DNA of 64,000 nucleotides from an uncultured Mycoplasmatota bacterium (GTDB lineage Bacteria; Bacillota_I; Bacilli_A; RF39; UBA660). The stretch lies in contig CAMMJA010000001.1 of NCBI GenBank assembly GCA_946497145.1, forward strand, positions 21,334 to 85,333. The letters are read 5' to 3'. Positions 20,527-29,115 of the stretch are shown one piece after another (within the stretch, counting starts at the first letter, position 1; every line of letters begins with the position of its first letter). Below the pieces are notes generated by a model. The model did no database searches, was not told the DNA's origin, and was given only the letters and a program-made list of their open reading frames with translations. A program made the translations under genes and the position numbers.

Positions 20527-21127
20527 ACATGAATACATTGGGAAAACTTTAGAAGAAGCCAAGAATATGGCCATGACAGATTTAAGAGATACGCTTGATC
20601 ACTTATATATTAAAGAAGTTCCTATGAAAAATGGACTTTTTAATAAAAAAGTCAAGATTGAAGTCATCGAACAACAAGATATTATAGATTATATTAAAAA
20701 CTTTCTTTTGGATATTATAAAAAAGATGGGAATTGTTACTCAAATCGAAATCAAAAAAAGGGAAGACACGGTTAATTTTATCTTATATTCTGATCATAAT
20801 GCTTTATTGATTGGAAAAAACGGAAAAACTTTAGATGCACTTACTACTGTTATTAGACAAATGTTATTGCATGAATTGGAGCAGCCATTTCACTTTTTAA
20901 TCGATGTAGAAGAGTATAAATTAAAAAGACAGTATGAGTTAGAACGAATGGCAAAAAAAATAGCAAAAGAAGTAGGAAAGACAAAAATTGAAGCAAAGTT
21001 AGATCCAATGAATTCTTATGAGAGAAGAGTCATTCACAATATTTTAAGTGATCGAACTGATGTTTATACAGAAAGTGTAGGAACAGAACCAAATCGTTAC
21101 ATTGTAATTAAACCAAAGGAAGAGTAA
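20519..21127 (+). CDS. jag: Jag/KhpB RNA-binding protein (KH + R3H)
   Basis: 202 aa. Conserved partner downstream of yidC. R3H motif region YERRVIHNIL. Confidence 0.85.
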   Translation: MNKHEYIGKTLEEAKNMAMTDLRDTLDHLYIKEVPMKNGLFNKKVKIEVIEQQDIIDYIKNFLLDIIKKMGIVTQIEIKKREDTVNFILYSDHNALLIGKNGKTLDALTTVIRQMLLHELEQPFHFLIDVEEYKLKRQYELERMAKKIAKEVGKTKIEAKLDPMNSYERRVIHNILSDRTDVYTESVGTEPNRYIVIKPKEE

Positions 21128-21141
21128 ACTCTTCTTTTTTC
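21119..21141 (+). terminator. intrinsic terminator after jag
   Basis: GAAGAG-taaa-CTCTTC + TTTTTT. Confidence 0.6.
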
Positions 21142-21151
21142 TATGAAAAAT

Positions 21152-21165
21152 ATTTCCCAGGAAAT
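21152..21165. promoter_or_regulatory. degenerate NBS-like palindrome ATTTCCCaGGAAAT at the -35 position of the mnmE promoter
   Basis: 13/14 match to the NBS. Followed 10 bp later by the extended -10 TGCTATAAT. Confidence 0.4.
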
Positions 21166-21200
21166 AATTTAATGCTATAATAAGCGAAGGAAGTGATACT

Positions 21201-22556
21201 ATGGATGATACGATTGCAGCAATTTCAACTGCCTTAGGAGTAGGAGCTATTTCGATTATTCGAGTAAGCGGAAAAGACGCTATTGCAACAGTAAATCAAC
21301 TTTTTAGTGGAAAAAATTTAGAAAAAGTTCCTAGTCATACCATTCATTATGGATATATAAAAGATCAAGATGAGGTAATTGATGAAGTGTTGGTAACTGT
21401 TATGAAAAGTCCTAAAACATTTACGACAGAAGATGTAGTTGAAATTAATTGTCATGGAGGAATTACAACTACTAACAAAATTTTAGAATTGTTACTTAGC
21501 AAAAACATTCGTTTAGCAGAGCCGGGAGAATTTACTAAACGTGCATTTTTAAATGGGCGTATTGATTTGATGAGCGCAGAATCTATTATGGATTTAATTC
21601 AAGTAAAAACAGATAAAGCACGAAAAATGGCGGTACAAGGGATTCAAGGAAAACAAAGTAAAATGATCCAAAACGTACGGCAAAAAATCTTAGAATTACT
21701 AGCAAATATAGAAGTAAATATCGATTATCCTGAGTATGAAGATATTGAAGTAATGACGAACGAAAAGTTATTACCTGAATTGGAAGAAGTCCAAAACGAG
21801 TTAACTGAAATCATTTCACAAAGTCAGAATGGACAAATTTTAAAAGAGGGAATCAAAACAATTATTATTGGAAAGCCAAATGTAGGAAAAAGTAGTATAT
21901 TAAATCGCTTATTAGACGAAGAAAAAGCGATTGTAACAGACATTGAAGGAACAACAAGAGACACGGTAGAAGGTAGTATTCAATTGAATGGAATATTATT
22001 GAATATGATTGATACAGCAGGAATTAGAAAAACAGATGATGTAGTAGAGCAACTTGGCGTCAATAAAAGTTTAAGTTTGATTGATCAAGCAGATTTGATT
22101 GTTGTAGTGTTAGCAAACAACGAGCCCCTTTCTCAAGAAGATCTTGAAATTTTAGAGAAGACAAAAGATAAAAATACGATAGTAGTGATCAATAAAAATG
22201 ATTTACCATCTAAATTAGATAAGACAATTTTAAAAGATAGAGTGGTAATTGAAACGAATACTGTAACATTAAATGGAATTGATAGTTTACAAAAGAAAAT
22301 ATTAGAATTATTTCATTTAAATCAATTAGAACAACAAGATTATACTTATTTATCCAATGCTCGCCAAATTGCCTTAGCAAAAGAAGCAAAAAATAGTTTG
22401 AACGATGCAAGATGCGGCTTGTTAGAGCAGGTACCTATCGACATGGTAGAAATTGACATCAAAAAAAGTTGGGATAAATTAGGAGAAATTATTGGGGAAA
22501 CTTATACAGAAGAATTGATAGATCAATTGTTTAAGCAATTTTGTTTAGGAAAATAA
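21201..22556 (+). CDS. mnmE: tRNA modification GTPase MnmE
   Basis: 451 aa. G-domain GKPNVGKSS, C-terminal CxGK (CLGK). Confidence 0.95.
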   Translation: MDDTIAAISTALGVGAISIIRVSGKDAIATVNQLFSGKNLEKVPSHTIHYGYIKDQDEVIDEVLVTVMKSPKTFTTEDVVEINCHGGITTTNKILELLLSKNIRLAEPGEFTKRAFLNGRIDLMSAESIMDLIQVKTDKARKMAVQGIQGKQSKMIQNVRQKILELLANIEVNIDYPEYEDIEVMTNEKLLPELEEVQNELTEIISQSQNGQILKEGIKTIIIGKPNVGKSSILNRLLDEEKAIVTDIEGTTRDTVEGSIQLNGILLNMIDTAGIRKTDDVVEQLGVNKSLSLIDQADLIVVVLANNEPLSQEDLEILEKTKDKNTIVVINKNDLPSKLDKTILKDRVVIETNTVTLNGIDSLQKKILELFHLNQLEQQDYTYLSNARQIALAKEAKNSLNDARCGLLEQVPIDMVEIDIKKSWDKLGEIIGETYTEELIDQLFKQFCLGK

Positions 22557-22559
22557 ATT

Positions 22560-22573
22560 ATTTCCCGGGAAAT
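22560..22573. promoter_or_regulatory. Noc-binding-site palindrome. Core of the perfect 24-bp palindrome AAATTATTTCCCGGGAAATAATTT.
   Basis: Exact NBS 14-mer, 4 bp after the mnmE stop. Followed by a terminator-like hairpin (AAATAGG-tgcaaat-CCTATTT + T7) and the mnmG promoter. Confidence 0.65.
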
Positions 22574-22656
22574 AATTTGTGAATAAAATAGGTGCAAATC
22601 CTATTTTTTTCTAAGAAAAAGATTTATAATAGGAATATTTCAAAGGAAGTGAAAAC

Positions 22657-24519
22657 ATGAAATATGAAGTTATTGTTGTAGGAGGAGGGCATGCTGGCTG
22701 CGAAGCGGCTTTGGCAACGGCAAGACTAGGTCATTCTACTTTATTGGTAACGAGCAATATTCAAAATGTTGCAGACATGCCTTGTAACCCATCGATTGGG
22801 GGCCCTGCTAAAGGAATTATTGTAAGAGAAATTGATGCCTTAGGTGGGGAAATGGCAAATAATATAGATCACAGTTCTTTACAGATGAAAATGCTGAATA
22901 CAAAAAAGGGGCCAGCAGTACAAGCATTAAGGGCTCAAGGGGATAAAATTACCTATCCGCAACAAATGTTGAAAACATTATCACAACAACAGAATTTAGA
23001 ATTAAAAGAAGCAATGGTTAAAACATTGGTGGTCGAAAATTATAAAATCAATGGAGTTGTATTGGAAGATGGTACTGAAATTCAAGGGAAATCCGTAATT
23101 TTAACAACTGGTACCTACTTGAATGCTATGATTTTAGTTGGAGATCAGAAAAAATCTAGTGGACCTCATGAAGAAAAGCCGTCGAAGTATTTAAGTAATC
23201 ATCTATCTCAATTAGGATTTAAGATTATCCGACTAAAAACAGGAACACCGCCTCGTATTGCTAAAGATAGCATTGATTTTTCAAAAACGCAGTTAGAACC
23301 AGGCGATGATCGCGCTTATGCATTTTCTTTTGATAATGAACCGCAATATGTTCCTAAAGATCAATTACCATGTTATTTGGTTTATTCTAATGAACAAACT
23401 CACAAAATTATTAAAGAACATCTACAAGAATCTAGTATGTATGGTGGTTATGTGGAAGGTATTGGACCACGATATTGCCCATCTATTGAAGATAAAGTAG
23501 TTCGTTTTCAAGATAAAGAACGGCATCAATTGTTTTTGGAGCCGGAAAGTATTTATTACGATGATATTTATTTACAGGGATTTTCTACTAGTATGCCTCA
23601 TTATGTACAGGAACAAATGGTACACAGTTTAAAAGGTCTAGAACATGCCGTGATCAAGAAATATGCGTATGCAATTGAGTATGATGCGATTGATCCTTTG
23701 CAATTAAAGCCAACTTTGGAAACAAAGTTAATTGAAAACCTATATACAGCAGGACAAATAAATGGAACGAGCGGATATGAAGAAGCCGCATGTCAAGGAT
23801 TGATGGCAGGAATCAATGCTAGTTTAAAACTTAGAAAAAAAGAACCGTTCATTTTAAAAAGAAATGAGGCCTATATTGGTGTTTTAATCGATGATTTAAT
23901 CACCAAAGGAGTAAAAGATCCATATCGCCTATTGACGTCTAGAGCGGAATATCGTCTTTTATTGAGACATGATAATGCCGATTTACGCTTGCGAGAATAT
24001 GGATATCAAATTGGTTTGATCGACGAAAATCGTTATCAAAAATTAAAAGCCAAAAAAGAAGCAATTGAAAATTTATTAGAAAAGTTAAAACATATTAAAA
24101 TAACTCCTACCCAAGAAGTAAATGACTATTTAAATTCAATTTCAACTGCCATTATCAAGGATGGAACAACACTCTATCAATTGTTAAAACGCCCTGAAAT
24201 AACATTTGATCAATTACAACATTTTCATTTATTTGAAGAAGAACAAGAGGTAAAAGAGCAAGTTGAGATTAATATAAAATATGAAGGGTATATAAAAAAG
24301 GCCCAAAAAGAAGCCGAAAAAATGCTTCAATTAGAGAATAAAAAAATACCAGAATATATTGATTATGACAAAATACCGAATTTGGCCAGTGAAGCACGCC
24401 AAAAATTGCAACAAGTAAAACCGATGTCTATTGGCCAAGCCACACGAATTAGTGGAGTAAATCCTGCTGATATTTCAGTATTGATGGTTTATTTAAAAAG
24501 GATGGAGTCAAATGAATAG
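22657..24519 (+). CDS. mnmG: tRNA uridine 5-carboxymethylaminomethyl modification enzyme MnmG (GidA)
   Basis: 620 aa. FAD motif VIVVGGGHAGCEAA. Confidence 0.96.
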   Translation: MKYEVIVVGGGHAGCEAALATARLGHSTLLVTSNIQNVADMPCNPSIGGPAKGIIVREIDALGGEMANNIDHSSLQMKMLNTKKGPAVQALRAQGDKITYPQQMLKTLSQQQNLELKEAMVKTLVVENYKINGVVLEDGTEIQGKSVILTTGTYLNAMILVGDQKKSSGPHEEKPSKYLSNHLSQLGFKIIRLKTGTPPRIAKDSIDFSKTQLEPGDDRAYAFSFDNEPQYVPKDQLPCYLVYSNEQTHKIIKEHLQESSMYGGYVEGIGPRYCPSIEDKVVRFQDKERHQLFLEPESIYYDDIYLQGFSTSMPHYVQEQMVHSLKGLEHAVIKKYAYAIEYDAIDPLQLKPTLETKLIENLYTAGQINGTSGYEEAACQGLMAGINASLKLRKKEPFILKRNEAYIGVLIDDLITKGVKDPYRLLTSRAEYRLLLRHDNADLRLREYGYQIGLIDENRYQKLKAKKEAIENLLEKLKHIKITPTQEVNDYLNSISTAIIKDGTTLYQLLKRPEITFDQLQHFHLFEEEQEVKEQVEINIKYEGYIKKAQKEAEKMLQLENKKIPEYIDYDKIPNLASEARQKLQQVKPMSIGQATRISGVNPADISVLMVYLKRMESNE

Positions 24520-25159
24520 AGAACAATTTTTATGTGAGTTACAAGAAATGGATATCAAATTAACGATAGAACAGCAAGATCAGTTAGAAAAATTTTATCA
24601 TTTATTAAAAAGTTGGAATGAAAAAATGAATTTAACGCGAATTATAGAATTAGAAGATGTTTATTTAAAACATTTTTATGATAGTTTAACTTTAGTGAAA
24701 GCCGTTGATTTAAAAAAGATAAATAGCGTATGTGATATAGGAAGCGGGGCTGGTTTTCCAGGGATCGTTTTAAAAATCGTCTTTCCACATTAAAAAGTAA
24801 TACTGATTGATAAACTGTTAAAGCGAGTAAATTATTTAAATGATATTATTGAAAAATTACATTTAACCGATATTGAAGCCATTCATACTAGAGCAGAAGA
24901 TTATAAAGAACAACAATTTGATTTGGTTACAGCAAGAGCGGTAGCTAATTTAGATACCCTTTGTTCTTATTGCTTGCCATTAGTAAACAAAAATGGTGTA
25001 TTTATAGCAATGAAAGGGCATTTAAATGAAGAGTTAAAAGAAAAAATCACATTATGTAAAAAGCATCATTGTCAAATTGAAAAGGTGATTTCGTTTCATT
25101 TGCCATATGAGAATAGCATTCGTAATTTAGTTGTAATAAAAAAATTTGAAAGAAGTTAA
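24512..25159 (+). pseudogene. rsmG: 16S rRNA m7G527 methyltransferase RsmG (GidB), interrupted by an in-frame TAA at 24791-24793
   Basis: Track ORFs 24512..24793 and 24923..25159 are in the same frame. Reading through the TAA gives ...GSGAGFPGIVLKIVFPH*KVILIDKLLKRVNYLNDIIEKLHLTDIEAIHTRAEDYKEQQFDLVTARAVANL..., colinear with B. subtilis RsmG ...ICFPHLHVTIVDSLNKRITFLE.... The stop sits where a conserved Leu (TTA) is expected. Confidence 0.8.
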
Positions 25160-25213
25160 AAAAGATGTTATAATGATATTATAGGGAAATTAAAAGAATA
25201 AGTGAGGGATAGC

Positions 25214-26341
25214 ATGCATTCTGAAAACGAAGTAGTATATTTGTATTTAGATGATATTATACCAAACAGATTTCAACCAAGAGAAGTTTTTGATGATCGG
25301 GCTTTGCAGGAATTGGCTATGTCAATAAAAGAACATGGAGTCATTCAACCAATTATCGTACGAAGTATTGGGGATAAGTATGAGATCATTGCTGGAGAAC
25401 GTCGTTATAAGGCATCTGCTTTGGCTGGTTTAACCAAGATTCCAGCAATCATACGTAATTTAGATGATAAAGAAAGTTCTAAAGTGGCATTGCTTGAAAA
25501 TTTACAGCGTAAAGATTTGAATGCCATTGAAGAAGCAAGAACGTATCAAAAAATATTAGAGTTAGATCAAATGACTCAGGAAGAACTTGCTAGAACTATG
25601 GGAAAAAGTCAACCTGCGGTTGCGAATAAGTTACGTTTGTTGACATTACCTGAAGAAGTACAAGATGCTTTATTGAAAGAAAAAATTTCAGAAAGACATG
25701 CCAGAAGTTTGTTGGCTTTAGATCGAGCAGATCAACAAATTCAAATGATGAACGAAGTAATCAATGAACGAATGACTGTAAGAGAATTGGATAGTAGGAT
25801 TAAAGCATTGAAAAATCCCCAAGAAGGAACAGATACTAGCAATGTAAGAAGTTATAATCCATTGGATAATCCAAGTAAACCGCGATTTATTTTAGATCCA
25901 TTACCAGAAGAGACACAAAATGAAGAAACCAAAGAACCTGTAATACCATCTCAAAGTGAAAATATACAAGAAGAAAAACCGCTTGCTGACTTAGATTATT
26001 TATTAAACCTAGATGTAAAAAAACAAGAACCCAAAATGAGTATGGCAGAACAATTAGAACAAGAATTAGCCAAGAGTCCGGCAGAAGACTTGATACTACC
26101 AACAAAAACGGAACCACAACCAACAGAAAAGAGCACTCCTGAAATAGAAGAGTTATTAGATGTAGAAGATAGTCCACCACAACCAGAAGTTTTACCTAAT
26201 AGGTATGATTTAAAAACAGCCATTGGCCAAACGAGAGAATTAATTAAGAATATGGAAAAGAATGGTTTAGTAATCAACACCGAAGAAATGGATTTTGAAA
26301 ATGTTTATCAAATAACCATTAAAATTGATAAAAATAAATAG
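25214..26341 (+). CDS. noc: nucleoid occlusion protein Noc (ParB-family), with a ~110-aa low-complexity insertion
   Basis: ParB N-domain IIPNRFQPR...GERR and HTH. C-terminal GLVINTEEMDFENVYQITIKIDKNK matches the B. subtilis Noc C-terminus GVKLNTEEEEFEEYIQLTIRIPKK. Synteny mnmG-rsmG-noc-soj-spo0J. Start set at ATG 25214 (RBS GTGAGGGA). Confidence 0.85.
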   Translation: MHSENEVVYLYLDDIIPNRFQPREVFDDRALQELAMSIKEHGVIQPIIVRSIGDKYEIIAGERRYKASALAGLTKIPAIIRNLDDKESSKVALLENLQRKDLNAIEEARTYQKILELDQMTQEELARTMGKSQPAVANKLRLLTLPEEVQDALLKEKISERHARSLLALDRADQQIQMMNEVINERMTVRELDSRIKALKNPQEGTDTSNVRSYNPLDNPSKPRFILDPLPEETQNEETKEPVIPSQSENIQEEKPLADLDYLLNLDVKKQEPKMSMAEQLEQELAKSPAEDLILPTKTEPQPTEKSTPEIEELLDVEDSPPQPEVLPNRYDLKTAIGQTRELIKNMEKNGLVINTEEMDFENVYQITIKIDKNK

Positions 26342-26451
26342 ATGAAAAACAAAAGTAGATAAAAATCTACTTTTTTGCTAAAAGCATTTAAAAAAAATAG
26401 ATTTTTTGTTAAAATATATTATATTAGGAATTGAAGGAAAAGGTGAAGAAG

Positions 26452-27237
26452 ATGGGAAAGATTATTTCGTTGGTTAATCAAAAAGGTGGCGTTGGTAAAA
26501 CCACTACTAGTATCAATCTTTCTGCATCGTTGGCAGCACTAGGAAAAAAGACTTTGTTGATCGATTTGGATCCACAAGGAAATACGACGACAGGTGTAGG
26601 AATTAACAAGGGGGATATTGAAAGAAGTGTGTACGATGTTTTGACAGGTAACTGTTTGTTGGAGCAGGCCATTATTAAAACGAAATATAGAAATTTATTT
26701 GTTTTGCCAGCAACGATCAATCTAGCAGGAATTGATATTGAATTGATGGAAAAAAGTCAACATGAACCCGGCTTCGTTAAGGGAAGTCAGTTAAAACAGC
26801 ATTTAGATCCCATTAAAGATCGATTTGATTATATTATAATTGATTGCCCACCGTCTCTTGGTTTAATTACAACGAATGCATTAACAGCATCTAACTCGGT
26901 CATCATACCTGTACAATGTGAGTTTTTTGCTTTGGAAGGGATTATGCAATTATTAAATACGATTATGTTAGCGCAGAAGAGTTTGAATCCCAACTTAGAT
27001 ATTGAAGGAGTACTGTTGACCATGCTAGATTCTAGAACAAATCTTGGATTTGAAGTCGTAGAAGATATTCGTAAATTTTTTAAAGAAAGAGTTTACAATA
27101 CTATTATTCCAAGGTTGATACGCTTGACGGAAGCACCATCACACGGGGAACCGATCATTGCATATGATCCGAAAAGTAGGGGTTCGGAAGCATATCTAAA
27201 TTTAGCAAAGGAAGTGATTGAAAGAAATGGAAACTAG
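26452..27237 (+). CDS. parA: chromosome partitioning ATPase ParA/Soj
   Basis: Deviant Walker A KGGVGKTT. Start set at ATG MGKIIS. The track start is a TTG further upstream. Confidence 0.93.
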   Translation: MGKIISLVNQKGGVGKTTTSINLSASLAALGKKTLLIDLDPQGNTTTGVGINKGDIERSVYDVLTGNCLLEQAIIKTKYRNLFVLPATINLAGIDIELMEKSQHEPGFVKGSQLKQHLDPIKDRFDYIIIDCPPSLGLITTNALTASNSVIIPVQCEFFALEGIMQLLNTIMLAQKSLNPNLDIEGVLLTMLDSRTNLGFEVVEDIRKFFKERVYNTIIPRLIRLTEAPSHGEPIIAYDPKSRGSEAYLNLAKEVIERNGN

Positions 27238-28105
27238 TAAGCGAAGAGCGCTAGGTAGGGGCTTAGAAGAATTATTTCACAACGAACCAATCGATTACGA
27301 TAAAATAGAAGAAAAAATTATTACGGATACACCCAAAGAGGCAATCACAGAATTAAAGTTGAGCGAACTTAGAAGCAACCCTTATCAGCCACGTCAAACG
27401 TTTGATGAAGAAGCATTGCAAGAGTTAGCCAATTCTATTAAGGAGCATGGGGTTTTTCAACCCATTATTGCCAAGAAGAGTATCAAAGGATATGAAATTA
27501 TTGCGGGAGAAAGAAGAGTAAAGGCATCACTTTTAGCAGGCCTTGAGACCATCCCAGCCATTGTTCGTGATTTTAGCGATGAAGAAATGATGGAAATTGC
27601 TTTACTTGAAAATCTACAAAGAGAAAATCTAAGTTCTTTAGAAGAAGCAACCGCATATCGTAAATTAATTGAAACTTTAAATCTTACACAAGATCAACTT
27701 GCCAAACGTTTGGGAAAAAGTCGTAGCCATATTACAAATATGTTGGGCTTGTTAACCTTGCCAGAAGAAGTAAAAGATTTATTAGTAGATAACAAAATCT
27801 CAATGAGTCATGCCCGTGTATTGAGTAAGATAGAAGATAAAGACAAAGTAGTTGCGTTGGCTAATCGTATTGTTCGAGAAAATCTCAACGTACGCAAAAT
27901 TGAAGAATTGGCTACGCAAGAAGAATACGAAAAGAAAAAACCAAATGTACGACATATCACACATAATGCATATCGTGAAGTAGAAGAAATGTTGGGCGAT
28001 AAATTAGGAACCAAAGTAAAAATCAAAAATAACAAGATTGAAATTACTTTTGTGAATGCCAATGATTTAAATAGAATTTTAGAAATTATGGAAATGGACA
28101 GATAG
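27227..28105 (+). CDS. parB: chromosome partitioning protein ParB/Spo0J
   Basis: ParB box GERRxRA (IAGERRVKAS) and HTH. Start set at ATG METSKRR. The track start is a TTG 9 nt upstream. Confidence 0.93.
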   Translation: METSKRRALGRGLEELFHNEPIDYDKIEEKIITDTPKEAITELKLSELRSNPYQPRQTFDEEALQELANSIKEHGVFQPIIAKKSIKGYEIIAGERRVKASLLAGLETIPAIVRDFSDEEMMEIALLENLQRENLSSLEEATAYRKLIETLNLTQDQLAKRLGKSRSHITNMLGLLTLPEEVKDLLVDNKISMSHARVLSKIEDKDKVVALANRIVRENLNVRKIEELATQEEYEKKKPNVRHITHNAYREVEEMLGDKLGTKVKIKNNKIEITFVNANDLNRILEIMEMDR

Positions 28106-28117
28106 GGGGCTTCATCT

Positions 28118-28924
28118 ATGCAAACGATCCTAGATTTTCTATTCAAAAAAGAAGTATACTTACCAATTCTTTATATTGTATTAGGTATTGTTCTATATTT
28201 TATTGGAAAGAGTATCATGACAAGAGTATTTGCAATTAAATTAAAACACCACGATAACCAAAATAGAGCAAAAACTATTCAATTATTGCTGCAAAACATC
28301 ATGAAATATATTATCGGTGCCTTTGTAATCTTAGCAATTTTAACGGTGTATGGAATTGATGTAAAAGCAATTTTGGCTGGATTAGGAATTGCTGGGTTGG
28401 TTCTTGGCTTAGCACTTCAAGATACCATCAAAGATTTTTTATCTGGTATGACGATTATATTAGAAAATCAATATATGATCGGAGATACCATCGAAGTAAA
28501 TGGTTTTAAAGGAGAAGTGATCTTTTTAGGGTTAAAGACAACTAGAATCAAGCATTATGAAGGAGAAGTCATGATCATCTCCAATCGTAATATTACGCAA
28601 GTGATCAATTATAGTGCTGAACCATCTTTAGCCATAGTAGATGTATCGATTTCTTATGAAAGTGATATTGCATTAGTCGAAAAAACATTAGCATCTCTAG
28701 CAAAAAAATTGACCAAAGAATTGCCAAAAATTAAAGGAGAAGTCCAATCGTTGGGTATCAATGAAATGGGAGATTCTGCTTTGATTTATCGTATGGTCGT
28801 ACCGGCTGAACCAATGCAACACTATGAAGTAGAAAGAGAAATGCGAAAGCAAATCAAGTTGGCTCTCGATCAAGAACATATTAAAATTCCTTATCCACAA
28901 ATAGAGGTTTATCATGGAAAATAA
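28118..28924 (+). CDS. small-conductance mechanosensitive channel (MscS family)
   Basis: 268 aa. Three N-terminal TM helices and an MscS beta-domain. Confidence 0.8.
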   Translation: MQTILDFLFKKEVYLPILYIVLGIVLYFIGKSIMTRVFAIKLKHHDNQNRAKTIQLLLQNIMKYIIGAFVILAILTVYGIDVKAILAGLGIAGLVLGLALQDTIKDFLSGMTIILENQYMIGDTIEVNGFKGEVIFLGLKTTRIKHYEGEVMIISNRNITQVINYSAEPSLAIVDVSISYESDIALVEKTLASLAKKLTKELPKIKGEVQSLGINEMGDSALIYRMVVPAEPMQHYEVEREMRKQIKLALDQEHIKIPYPQIEVYHGK

Positions 28925-29102
28925 AAAAGAATATCAATTGGGCTCTATTGTCATGATGAAAAAGCAACATCCTTGTGGTTTTAATGAATGGGAAATCATG
29001 AGAGTTGGAGCAGATATCAAAATCCGTTGCTGTCACTGTAATCGATCTATTATGTTGCCGAGAGTAGAATTTAATAAAAAAATAAAAAAGGTTATTTCCT
29101 AG
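28914..29102 (+). CDS. DUF951 family protein (YyzM-like)
   Basis: 62 aa. GSIVMMKKQHPCGFNEWEIMRVGADIKIRCCHCNRSIMLPRVEF resembles Bacillus YyzM, found in the parB neighbourhood. Confidence 0.7.
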   Translation: MENKKEYQLGSIVMMKKQHPCGFNEWEIMRVGADIKIRCCHCNRSIMLPRVEFNKKIKKVIS

Positions 29103-29115
29103 AAAGGAACCCAAA

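Noticed and set aside
25887-26280. Minus-strand ORFs 25887..26180 and 25996..26280
   Set aside because: They overlap the low-complexity Pro/Glu/Gln linker of noc. Repetitive codon composition creates open antisense frames.
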